Assembly (NCBI GenBank): GCA_964234715.1
Contig: OZ174281.1
DNA length: 64,000 bases
DNA from: Podarcis melisellensis
Lineage: Eukaryota
Strand: one strand, 5' to 3'
Shown here piece by piece: positions 49,123 to 61,245 of the stretch. The notes under the pieces were generated by a model. The model was given only the letters and a program-made list of their open reading frames with translations, did no database searches and was not told the origin of the DNA. The position numbers and the translations under genes are program-made. The first letter of the stretch is position 1. Each line of letters starts with the position of its first letter.

Positions 49123-49439
49123 TTCTGTTAACATATATTAAAATAGACCCTGCTTTTCTTGGGCATCCAGGTTTCTCCACTGTTGCCATTGTGTTTCAGA
49201 TTCCCTCAGAACACTGTAAGCAAGTGTAAACTGATACACAAAACTTCACATATCTACTAAAGGGGTGTGTAACTTACCAGGAATAGACCTTGGGGTTCTA
49301 GTGGACAACTCAGTGAAGATGTCAAGCCAGTGCGTGGCAGCTACTAAAAAAGGTGAATTCCGTGATCATTAGGAAAGGGATTGAAATGCTGATCCATTAA
49401 ATCTACTGCAATGCACTGCACTGCATGTGAGACTTCCCT

Positions 49440-49820
49440 TGAGCTTAACTTGAAGCTGCAGGTGGTGCAGAATGAATGCTGCATCTAGGTTGGTATTCCT
49501 CAGCAGTGGTGTTTTATGCTGTCCACGGGGCACCCCATGGACACCATAGAACACCTCTGCTGGAGGAACTGCACCAGCTGCCAGTATGCTACCAAGTGCA
49601 GTTCAAGGTCTTGCTTTTAGCATTAAAGCTCTAAACAACTTGGGACCAGGATATCAAAGGTACTGTCTTGCCCAGTATACTCCTGCCTGACAATTGTATT
49701 TCTCATTTGGGGTACTACTAGGAGTACCAGATACCCCCAGAGGTGCACTTAACCTATACTAGAAACCAGGCTTTTGGTGTTGCCATTCCAGCTCTCTGGA
49801 ATGAATGACCAGCTGAAGGT
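49440..49820 (+). mobile_element. Old L2 fragment
   Basis: aagctgcaggtggtgcagaat...ctgcaccagctgcc...ttcaaggtc L2 motifs. Confidence 0.55.
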
Positions 49821-50437
49821 AAGACTTCTTTACTTGTGTACTGTGCAGCCTGTAGATATGGCTGATCTTATGGTGCTGTATTATTCATACTAGCTCTTCA
49901 CATTTTGCCTCAATAATTGCTTTAAAATAAAGGTTCCCATGTTTTCCAAGTAAGATTGCCATGGTATGTAAATAGATGAAGAAACTGTACACCATTGGAG
50001 CATATGGTGTGTTTAGTCTGCCTCCCTGTTTTGCTTAGAACTGCTGTGGAGTGCCTGTATCTGAATGTCCTGTAAACAAATGTCTTTTATTTTCATCACT
50101 TGTCTCCTAGAAGCTGTGGCGAGCTCATTCACCAGAATGAATGTAGGCATCAGAGGCAGCAAAGATTTCAGACCCACCTGAGGATTCTGAAACTGTCCAA
50201 ATCACACACATTGAGATGCATGATAATTAAGCAGATGGAATTATCTCCTCTTTGTGCTTTGTTTCCTTGCTCCTTTAGAACATTTAAAAATGTTTTGGAT
50301 CACCATGTTGCATGCAAAACAACGATATATCAAATTGTTAGGAGATTTTATCTTATTCAGGGCATCGTGAACTTCTCTCACATGACTTGACCTCCACCCA
50401 CAAAACAGCAACGCTCCAGTCAAAGGTAAACAGAAAA

Positions 50438-51500
50438 TTAAGACCCAGAAGCCTGGGAGAACAAAAATGTTTTTGCCTGGAGCCTAAAAACAGATAGTGA
50501 TGGTGCCAGATGTTCCTCCCTGGGGAGAGCATTCCATAAATGGGGAGCCCCTCTGAGGAGGCCTGTTCTCCTGTTGCCACCCTCCACACTGCCTGGGGGG
50601 AGGGGCCTGGAGGTCCTCATATGATGAAGGAAGGGTCTAGGTTGGTTCATGTGTGGCGGGGTATTCTTTGAGGTACTGGGGTCCAAGCTGTACAAGGCTT
50701 TATAGGTCAGAGCCAACACTTTGAATTGGGGCCAGGAGCTAATTGGAGCCAATGCAGTCATGCAAGAATTAGTGTGATTGTTCAGACCATCTTGCCCTGG
50801 TCAGCAACTTGGCTGCTGAATTCTGCACCAGCTGCAGATTCTGAGGCACTCCTCAAAAGCAGTCCCACATATAACACATTGCAGTAATCTGACCTAGAGG
50901 TTACCAGAGCCTAGATAACAGAAGTTAGACTATCCCTGTCCAGGTAGAGGCCTTGAAAGACCTACAGTGGCTCCCAGTATGTTTCCGAGCACAATTCAAA
51001 GTGTTGGTGCTGACCTGGAAAGCCCTAAATAGCCTCGGCCCAGTATACCTGAAGGAGCGTCTCCACCCCCATTGTTCAACTCAGACACTGAGGTCCAGTG
51101 CCGAGGGCCTTTTGGCGGTTTCCTCACTGCAAGCAGCGAACTTATAGGGAACCAGGCAGAGGGCCTTTTTGGTAGTGGCGCCCGCCCTGTGGAACACCCT
51201 CCCACCAGATGTCAAAGAAATAGACAACTATCTGATGTTTAGAAGACATCTGAAGGCAGCCCTGTTTAGGGATGTTTTTAATGACTGATGTTTTAATGTA
51301 TTTTTAATCTTTTGTTGGAAGCCGCCCAGGGTGGCTGGGGTATAAAATTATTAATTAATTAATTAATTACTGGGTGACCAGCCAAAACTGATGGAAGGCA
51401 CTTCATGCCCCTGAAGCGACTTGAGCCTCAAGCAACAATAATGGATCCAAAAGTACATCTAAGCTACACACCTGCACCTTCAGAGGAAGTGTAGCCCCAT
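50438..51500 (-). mobile_element. Old L2 fragment (minus strand) interrupted by a younger plus-strand L2
   Basis: QFKVLALTYKALYSL on minus; continues after ~51370. Confidence 0.65.
50953..51369 (+). mobile_element. L2 LINE 3' end
   Basis: KDLQWLPVCFRAQFKVLVLTWKALNSLGPVYLKERL; 3'UTR and (TAAT)n tail. Confidence 0.85.
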
Positions 51501-53138
51501 CTAGGGCATCTGCTACCTCAGCAAACATCATGCTACTCTGTCTGCTAGATAACCAACACCTCCACACATCCTCTCTTGGCTGATTTAATTTAACACTAGC
51601 AGAGGTATCTCTTGAGCTACAACGATCCCGGATGTTGCACTTCTAACATAGATAACACCAACTGAGCATGCCATTTTAAAAATCAATATTTTTGACTTTC
51701 ACGAAAGCACTTCTTCATGTAATTGCTACTACATCAATGTCTGCATTTAAAAGTAAAAATAAACAAAAGGTGTGTTAACCCTTTTTTATATATGAAATTT
51801 GAACATCCATGTTGCTAATGTGGCACTAACTAGAAAGTAATAGCCACAGTGTGTGGAAGTTTGTAAGCCGCTTTGAGATTCATTTGAATGAAAAGTGGTA
51901 TAGACATACAATAAATCTAAATCAAGCCAAGGTGAAGAGTTAGGCTGCTCGGAATGTCACAGCCATGTCAAAACCATGCCTCTTTGAAAAAACATAGAAG
52001 AAGTGGTGCTGAGACAATTTGTGCCTACTGACACTGCAGAACAACAATTTGATGCAGACATAATCATGTAGAGTGAACACAGAATCACAAATGCAGAGAG
52101 TAAAGGCCTAGCATGGAAAGACCCCAGCAGGAAATGAATCTTCCATGTCCCCACCTGCTTCTCAGGCAAAGTGGAGTGAGAGTGAGAAATACAGTAGGGT
52201 ATTATCTCTAGTCAAGAAAAGAACTTTGTATAGGCCATAGGGTAACCATTTCATGTATGTATAAACTGCAGCCTGCAAACTATTTACTCCATAGTAAATC
52301 AGTAGAATTACTTGAGAATAAAGTGATTTGAGATTCAAAACTGCAGTTTTGCTTTTACTGCCTTTGCTTATATCAGTGGCATGGAAATGCAGCCCTGAGC
52401 TGTTTCCACCAAAGGAGCAAAAGAGGTTCTGGGGAATGTTCAGCTGACTGCAGGATTTATGTCAGGTAGCATTCAAGGCTTCTGGGACTTTGCAATATAA
52501 ATACATGATATGCTGATCTAACCTTTAACTGCAGCAGGATATAGGATTTGGTTGGGTTTTATTGCTTTACAATTAAAGTAAAAACGTGGCTCTGATTAGA
52601 TTAAGTTTTCCCTGCTCAAATGCTGTCTTCCTTGTTTCCTGGAATAGCTGTGTGTTTTTATGAGGTCAATATAATAAGCAGAAGGAAACAATAATGATAC
52701 ACTCTCAGGACGTGAAGCGAATGCTTTAATAGTGGAAGAAAGCGTTCCCTGACCATGAGCTTCTGCCAGTCAGGTATGAAGTATTTCTTCAGATATTTGA
52801 TGTCTCTCATTCAGCTTGGAAATAGCAGAGCTTATTTATAAAGATATTTACTCTAAGGCTGAGGGTGACAATATTTCTGTTGTCTAGGGAGAAATGCAGG
52901 AGGATAGGAATGAGTGATGTTGAGCTAATGGTGTATTTTGTTTTGTTTTGTCTTGTAAATCTCCATTAAGTAGATAATGTAGGGCACACAGCTGAAATGC
53001 ACTCAGTAGCAAGGCTGATGGGAAGATAATAAATGCAAACGATACAAAGTGTTCCTCCATTGGAAGAATGACTCTGCAAAAATGTGTTTCTGAACAAAAC
53101 ACTGTCCTGTAAAAGGTAGACCTTATTTCTAGGACCTT

Positions 53139-53420
53139 TAAAGGTAAAGGTAAAGGGACCCCTGATCATTAGGTCCAGTCGTGACCGACTCTGGGGTTGC
53201 GGTGCTCATCTCACTTTATTGGCCGAGGGAGCCGTCGTACAGCTTCCGGGTCATGTGGCCAGCATGACTAAGCCGCTTCTGGAGAACCAGAGCAGCTCAC
53301 GGAAACACCGTTTACCTTCCCGCCGGAGCGGTACCTATTTATCTAGTTGCACTTTGATGTGCTTTCGAACTGCTAGGTTGGCAGGAGCTGAGACCAAGCA
53401 ATGGGAGCTCACCCCGTCGC
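53139..53420 (-). mobile_element. Sauria SINE, 5'-truncated
   Basis: aaaggtaaaggtaaagggacccctg...; homologous to the 6854 and 26617 copies. Confidence 0.9.
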
Positions 53421-54820
53421 AAGTAGAGGCTGGGCCAAATTTTAATCCACTGCCCTGGCAGCCTCTCAAACCTCATCCACTCTGTATCTCAGGGTGGGCC
53501 ATGCCTGGCTTCCGTCCTCCCCCTTTGATGAAGATAATTTCCTCGGATTCCCCTCCTAGTGTTGATATAGTAGCTCTGGGGGCTATTGCAGCACCCTCGC
53601 ATCAAGTCAGTGGCATAAGCCATTTGCTTGCACTATGCTGGGATCCATCCCTCATTCCTATTCTTTGCCTCAGTCTATGTGTTTGAGCTCTTAGCTACGT
53701 TTCTCTGGGATAGAACAAACATGTCGCAGTCTTTGTCTTAGGGTTGCACACAGACACCCTATACAAATGGGCCTGTCTCCATCTCAGCCACATGGGGGGG
53801 GGTGCAGTTAGCATGAACCTTGCTATGGGGGCAGTGTAAGCAAGTCATTCCTCCTGTGCAGGTTTCCCAGTCTAAATCCTCTTCCCCAAAGCTGCTATTT
53901 GCCCAGGAGGGAGAAAACACGGTTGCAAACAACAGCTTTGGAGCTTGAGCTATTTAAATAAACCATGTGGGAAGAAATAGCTGGACCCTCTTTCCTACGC
54001 CACTTCCTCAATCAAATGAGAAGCTCAGAGTGTTTTGTGCTTTGAAAAAAGGGACATAAATATGTCATTCTAAGTGCTGAGCAACCCCATCACATAAATC
54101 TCAGCCCTCTATGGAATTGGAATTGTTCAAATTCTGATTCAGGACTCTCTTATCTAATATAATGAAACACATGTCTTTGTTTGTCTGCCCTTGATTCCCT
54201 TATCCTGCCTTTATTCACGAGGAGTCCTGCTGAGCTTAATAGACACAACATTAAGGAGTGATAATGGCCACCTTAGATGTTGTAATTTTTGATGTGAAAA
54301 AATGAGTTAGAACCATGAGTCGATTTTTGCACTTCTTTCTGCTACATACAAAAATGCTGGGAAGTGCATTTGTCCACAGTCCTGGCACAGGTGTATTGCA
54401 TGTTTACTTGGGAAAGAAAAAGAAAGTCCTAATGATCTGTGTTTTTCCTATACATTTTCTTACATAGAAATGCGCTCTCTCTCTCTTTTTTAAAAAATAG
54501 TTGCAAGTTTTGAGTTACATTCAGGGTTGGTGCTATCATTAGACCGACAAGGAAGCCGTCTAGGGTGCAGACCTCAAAGGGGTGCAATACTGACCTTTGA
54601 GGGGCACAATTTTATAAGGATTAGTTCTGGTTATATAGTTTTGTGTTTTTCATTTTTTTCTACAAAATATCTGCTTTTGAAAATAGAAGCTAACAATTTG
54701 GGGCATGCATGCAAGACATTAGCCTGGCCTAGGTTGCAAAATAGCCACGCCAGCACTGGCCACATTGTCAAAGCAACTTTGTTATATCAGTTGAAGTACT
54801 ACTTAACCTACATTCTTAAG

Positions 54821-54993
54821 CAGTGCTTTCCCCCCAAAAAATTGTTTAGGGGTACTCTCATTTTGACTCAAGAAAATCACCATTTTATAGTGCAAATCAC
54901 GAAAATTAAATACAGTAAATGGACAAAAGTACAAAGATTCACAAAATGTTTAGGGGTATGCATACGCCTGCGTCCCCCCAGAAAAAAGCACTG
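54821..54993. mobile_element. hAT MITE (CAGTGCTTTT family)
   Basis: TIRs; TSD ttcttaag / tccttagg. Confidence 0.8.
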
Positions 54994-56056
54994 TCCTTAG
55001 GAGACCTATGCTCACCAGGGTTGAGAGACACTTTCTTCCTGCAGACTTTTTGCAGCACAATATTGATTCAGTTCATTCTAGGTCAGGTTCGACCAAAATG
55101 TTTGAAGTTAGGTGGTAGATGTGCTAGAGGATGTGTTAAGCGGAGCCTGGATCAGTTTGGCCAGATATGCTGTGGTGCTGCATCAAGCATCATTTTGAAG
55201 TAAATTCCCTGTTTTGATGGATGAAAAATGCACAGGAAAGGGGTACTAGAATGAAATATTTTTGTTCCTTTGCAAAGAAGCTGAATATGAGATAATAAAA
55301 GGGATATGCAGATGACTCTACAGACACAGCATTGTAGTAGCTATTCTGATGCCATCTGCTGGCTGTACTTTCCCACCAGGTTGTACATTACATTTTCCTT
55401 GGTTATTTCTGAGCCTCACTTAAGTACTTGTTTAAATTCAGCAATTATACAGAAATGGTTGGATGTCTGGGGGTGATATCTGTGTTGTGGCATGATTAAC
55501 AAAATCAGTCCTCCTGGCAAACTGGGAATATCACCTCATTCAGCCAAGTTTAGGATATTCTACCATTCTTCAGCAGAGTTTCTTTTTCTTTGAGAAAAGC
55601 AAGTGGTTCACATAAACATAAACAAGTTTTAATAAACTGAGAGAAAACTGTAGCAAAATAACATGATGTCTGAGAGAAACTAAAACAGTACCCTGAGACA
55701 AGTCTGAGGCAAGAAACAAGAAGAGGCAGTTGGAGCAAAATACACAAGCCCCGCCCACCAAATACCAAGCACTCTACTATTCGAATTAGACCCCAGTGTT
55801 TTTCTGACAATCTAATGGTATCATGATATCTGAACCTATTGTCAGTTTAGTTGCATAATATTTTCCCTTCTTCTCCGCATCCCTGCGTAACCCCCCACCC
55901 CCCAAAATCTGTTCCTGGTGGGTTCAAAGGACAACCCCTAGGAGCAGACTTGAGGAGCACATGAGAGCCTGCGAGGCAAGGGGGGAGAAGAGGAAGATGT
56001 CCCATCACATCTGCTGGACATAGCTCTAGGATCTTCTCCCTTTGAAAAAGAAACAC

Positions 56057-56108
<52 letters not shown>
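56057..56108. repeat. (TAA)n microsatellite
   Basis: About 17 units. Confidence 0.95.
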
Positions 56109-56597
56109 TTATACACCACCCATCTGGCTGGTATTCCGTGGTAAGAGTAATCAAGAAGTATAACAGTTAAAGGACTAAATTGTCATCAAAAAAAGATTAA
56201 GGACTCATTTGGCATCTAAAAAAAGATTAGCATTTGATCCCCTCTAAATTATGCACTTCTGCAAGCATTAACTGCGAGCTCTGTAAAAATGTGATCATGT
56301 AATTAAAGATTATAGAAGGCAGGCCAAGTGTGATATCAACGCCTTATTTAGACCCAATGAGCAATTGTGCACTAGTGGCTTGGCTGAATCTTTTTAGTAT
56401 ATGTGCCAATTATGCTTAATAATTTGCCATTTTCTGTCTCTCTCTCACCCCTTTTAGCAATGTACACACTAAATAAATGGAATAAGCTGCATCAGGTAGC
56501 CTTATCTAACAAAGTGATAGGGTTGCTGCTTATTCCAAATATGGGTTTTTAGTGCTATATGAAAACTGCTGAAATTAGAAGGAGGAGGAGGTGGAGG

Positions 56598-56850
56598 AGT
56601 TTGGATTTGATATCCTGCTTTATCACTTCCCGAAGGAGTCTCAAAGCGGCTAACATTCTCCTTTCCCTTCCTCCCCCACAACAAACACTCTATGAGGTGA
56701 GTGGGGCTGAGAGACTTCAAAGAAGTGTGACTAGCCCAGACTTCAGAGAAGTGTGACTAGCCCAGCAGCTGCATGTAGAAGAGTGGAGACACGAACCCTG
56801 TTCACCAGATTACGAGTCTACCGCTCTTAACCACTACACCACACTGGCTC
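56598..56850 (-). mobile_element. tRNA/CORE SINE (Squam3/MIR-like) with internal 26-bp tandem duplication
   Basis: Reverse complement head gagccagtgtggtgtagtggttaagagc; duplicated agacttca(a/g)agaagtgtgactagccc at 56712-56763. Confidence 0.8.
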
Positions 56851-57218
56851 TAATTAGTTAGAATGATAGTCCATGTTGTCTGATAACCTGTTCCCATGGG
56901 GCATTTCTGACCAGTGTAGGGATCCCAATACTGTGTCTATATTTAGGAAGTGGACCGTACAATGAGAAACTGAAGCAGCTCTCACTATGTCACAAAAAAC
57001 CCATGTCATCGTCCATCTTAAAATCTTGGATTTTGCAATTGATTTCTATGGGCAGTGTGAGCTTTCTCTCTTTCTCATATCCCTGGTGAAAATTTAAAAA
57101 ATAGCTGTGTCAGTATGAACCAGGAAGTGACCTTTTGAGACAGCAAGATGGTTCTTTCTACCCTTTATATATGCCTGTGTTTTTCTTTGTTTCAGCCACT
57201 CCATTCTATTCTTCCTCC

Positions 57219-57392
57219 CAGTGCTTTTTTCCCCTTAAAAAAAATGTTTAGGGGTACTCTCATTTTGACTCAAGAAAACTATTTTATATTTCAAATCAGG
57301 CAAAATAAATACAGTAAATGGACAAAAGTACAAAGTTTCACAAAATGCTTAGGGGTACCCCTGTGCGCCCCCCCCCAGGAAAAAAAGCACTG
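57219..57392. mobile_element. hAT MITE (CAGTGCTTTT family)
   Basis: TIRs and homology to the 54821 copy. Confidence 0.8.
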
Positions 57393-57562
57393 CTCCCACT
57401 CATCCAGTTTTCAGCCCCCTTCCCCTTTCTGTCACTCAACATTCATGGCCATGAGGTTATTATGGGGCTGAATCTTGTTTGTATTACATTTTATTACTTG
57501 TAAAACTTTTTACAGATGTGCCTGCCCCTTTCTTTCTCCAAATTCTATATCTCCCTGTACAG

Positions 57563-59550
57563 CTGTAGTAGCAGTTGAAATATTTTCATGGGCAGTTTGT
57601 TGCAGGGACATGTATTTATGCTACAGTGAAGGACTCCATAACCCTCAAGCCCTATTGGAACTGGTTGGGATTCAGTGTGCGTCGTCTCATCCTTGTTGCA
57701 GGATGGGTTGGAAGCTTTTGAAAATTCAAAGTACAATTACCATACTCATATCATATGAAGTTCTCTAGACCTTGTTGTATTTGAGCCCATAATTAAAGAA
57801 CTTGACTAGAGAACAGAAGCGTGAGAGGTGAGAAGTTATTATGCTTTTACAATTAGAAAATGACAAAGATCACTGAACAGGAAGTCTAGACTGCAGTGAC
57901 TCAATGAGAGTGTTTTTTGCATTAATATGTGGCAGAAGAGGATATTTATTAAGAGGTGTTTTACTTTGACATTTCATTTTGCACATTGTGGCTGCTGTAA
58001 TATCCATCTTCCAAATTTACTCTTGGTGTTAATCAGTCATCCAAAAGACGTAACTCTCTCTCTCCCCCCCCCCCCACACTCCACAGAATGAAGCACCTTC
58101 TACAGTACACTCCTGAGTTGTTGGTTCACTTTAATATATGTTCTTCCTGAATAAAGAGGACCATTGCGTGGTGCAAACAGCAAGACAGGATAGTGTGCTT
58201 TAATGTGGAAGAATGCAGTTGTGAAACAAATGAGACTGAACAATGGGGGCGGGGGAGCTCTGAGGAAAAAAGATCTACTGAAAGTGATCCAAGAATATTG
58301 TTGAGAAGTTTTGCAACATAGTTAAGTGCATAAAAAGTTTATAGAGGTAGAATAATGCATTGAGGGTTTTGCACCTGAGAAAGATAAAATAAGTTGTGGA
58401 TTTTCCTTGGATGACAGTTATGTACGTACCTGTTGATTTTTCAATCTCAAATCTAGTTTTTTGATTTCAGGAAAGCCATAAGGTGTCGGGGCTCTACCAA
58501 GTTGTAGCTAGTAAAACTAGGGTCCAAACAATGGAGATATATGTATATATTCTTACTCAAAGGCACTGCTTACAAAAGCAGTATAAATGTTATCAAATCA
58601 TCCTTTTCATGCCCACAGTATCAAATGTGTGCACAGAAAAAGCAAGTCATTCTTCGAAAGTGAAACAACACAACACACAAAGTAAAAAATGTTGATAGCA
58701 AAAATATTGAGATTTTGTTAGCTACTTATTCGCACTATAGGAATGATCAAACATCACTTTTAAAGCATTGTAGTCTTTGGGCAGCTGATTAAAAAAACCA
58801 AAATCTGTTTCTTAAAAAAAAAAGTTTAAAAAACACAGTGTGTAATACACAATGTATTTTCCAATGTTTTAGGGCTTTACAAAAATTCAGGAAGATCTCT
58901 ATAGAAAGTATGAAGACAATCCTTTTGGCACAGAGATCTTAAGGCAAATTGATCTCTGCGCTATGCATGAAAAGAAGCAGATTTCTGGTTATTACCACTG
59001 TGCATCTTCCATCAATGCATGCCGCACAATTCCAGAAGACCATAAGAACAAAGAGCAGCCGGGTGATGCTCCAAAACAGAATATTCTTGGTGTCCATTTA
59101 AAAGGCAGCATGTGTGACAATACAAGAAAAAAGCCCAGAGACGATTATCCTGCTGTTCAGAGGGATTACAAAGTAGCAGGAAATCTTGATGGAGATGCAT
59201 CCATAAGAGAAGAAAATGGTATGACTAAAAAAGACACCGAAACGAGAGCCAATAGTCAAACTTTCTCTGCAGACAGAGAGCTCTGTTCCAAGTCAGTACC
59301 TGAATTATTGCCAGCATTAAAGGCTAAGGATTAGGAACAAGGGAGGGGGGGGGGACACCACACAAAGATGACAGATGATGACTTATGAAAAGTTGTGGCA
59401 AGCGAAAAGGCTCCTCAGCCACAAGCCATTAATGCATCAAGGTACAAAGAGTTCCTCAGCCAGAAGCAGATGCAAAATGCCACTGCTGATGTCAATCAAT
59501 GGAAAAACATTGTGGGCTGTGCAGAATTGCAGCTGGGAAAAACCACAAAG
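57563..59550 (+). pseudogene. Pseudo-exons 57563-57706, 58157-58346, 58471-~58681, 58873-59550
   Basis: L**QLKYFHGQFVAGTCIYATVKDSITLKPYWNWLGFSVRRLILVAGW; ...WKNAVVKQMR...LRKKDLLKVIQEYC*EVLQHS*VHKKFIE; 678-bp phase 0-0 exon GFTKIQEDLYRKYEDNPFGTEILRQIDL...ELQLGKTTK|gttagg in one frame with only two stops (59332, 59386). Confidence 0.75.
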
Positions 59551-60062
59551 GTTAGGGGACGATCAGCTCTTTGCTTTGCTTAAGGAGAAAACAGGAAAGG
59601 ATGTTCAGAGAGTAAACCAGGGTGGGAAACATGTGATTCTCCTGATACTGGTGCTCAAGTCCAGCTCACATAATCTCTGGTGGTTTGGCCATTCCAGATT
59701 GCACTGATGGGAGTTCACCACTGCTTGTCTAAACACATGAGTAATATGCTTATCCACTTGGGGGAATAAACCTTAGAAAACTTGCCATCTTTTGTTTATA
59801 GCATTTTGCTAAAGCACCATTGTTCCTTGACTTTATTTTGAGGTTGAATTAATGGGCATTTGCTTTAAACCCCCCCAAAAAACATTCACTGTTGGGACGA
59901 TCTGGTTTTTAGACTGAAGAAGGATATTCTTTATGTAAAAGTGTCAGTATGGTATTAAAGCAGGGTTATAAAGGCTAAGTCTAAAACAGGAGTAGTAAGT
60001 TGATAATACTAGACGTTAGGTATGAGCTTTACTGAAGCAGCCTTTAGAAAGGAAAACTATGG

Positions 60063-60760
60063 TTGCTTTCTTACCTCTCTTGCCCTGACCTAGCCACTGT
60101 GATCCACACAATGGTCACCTCCAGACTGGATTATTGTAACTCGCTCTACGTGGGGCTGCCCTTGAGACTGACCCAGAAACTCCAGCGGGTGCAGAATGCT
60201 GCAGCGAGACTCCTTACGGGGTCCTCGCTGCAAGAACACATTCATCAGGTGCTATACCAGCTGCACTGGCTCCCGGTCGAGTACAGGATCAGATTTAAGG
60301 TGCTGGTTTTAACCTTTAAAGCCCTATATGGCCTACGATCCTCTTACCTACGGGACCGCCTCTCCTGGTATGTCCCACAGAGGAATTTACGATCTGCAAA
60401 CAAAAACATCTTGGAGGTCCCAGGCCACAGAGAGGTTAGGCTGGCCTCAACCAGAGCCAGGGCTTTTTCGGCTGTGGCTCCGATCTGGTGGAACGCTCTG
60501 CCACAAGAGATTAGGGCCCTGTGGGACTTGACATCTTTCCACAGGGCCTGTAAGACAGAGCTGTTCCGCCAAGCCTTTGGCCAGGGCACAGCCTGACTCC
60601 CTCCTTTGGCAATCTTCACAGAACTCTACCCAATGGTTGCCATCAATTTGATTTGAAGTAATTTTTTAATGAAATGATTTAAAAATGTTGTCTTGTTTTA
60701 TTGTTGTTAGCCGCCCTGAGCCCGGCTTCGGCTGGGGAGGGTGGGTTATAAATAAAAATA

Positions 60761-60810
<50 letters not shown>
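60063..60810 (+). mobile_element. L2 LINE 3' fragment with (TTA)n tail
   Basis: Open 177-aa ORF2 end VTSRLDYCNSLYVGLP..LQRVQNAAARL..LHWLPVEYRIRFKVLVLTFKAL; 3'UTR; TTA tail 60763-60810. Confidence 0.93.
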
Positions 60811-60812
<2 letters not shown>

Positions 60813-61245
60813 TCCTGTAACCTCTATGATCTAAAAGTGTATTCATTTCATTGTTAGTGAGATATGTGGTATTGCTATAATTTGCAATAGCTCTGTGTCA
60901 AGTCATGATGATATGCAAGCAATTCCAGTGATGTGATTTGGCAAAATTACGGTAAGCCACAGGGGCGGGGGAGCGTTCTAACTGAAATGCCTTTGCCAAC
61001 TGTACTGATATAGTTTGACCAGCAGATGGCACAAATTGAAAATGTCTAGCAAAACAGAGTAAAAAGAAATGAAAGAGATTTACAATTTACTGTATTTGAC
61101 AGGCCGAAGGGCCTTTTACTTTAAGTCCCACCAATGCAGAAATATTGAGTACCCATTGCAAGGAATACCTTTCAATAGTAGTTTTACTTCTATCATTATG
61201 AATGGAAAACGCTGGGAATTTGGATGTTTATTTCTAGATTTTTAG

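Larger units (their letters stand above)
50111..52773 (+). pseudogene. Pseudo-exons ~50111-50215, ~50279-50425, 51963-52165, ~52377-52465, 52648-52773
   Basis: HVKTMPL*KNIEEVVLRQFVPTDTAEQQFDADIIM*SEH...AWKDPSRK*IFHVPTCFS; CVFL*GQYNKQKETIMIHSQDVKRML**WKKAFPDHELLPV|gtatga. Confidence 0.6.

Noticed and set aside
53219-55203. 155-aa and 157-aa ORFs
   Set aside because: They read through Sauria SINE and hAT MITE sequence and show no coherent protein features.
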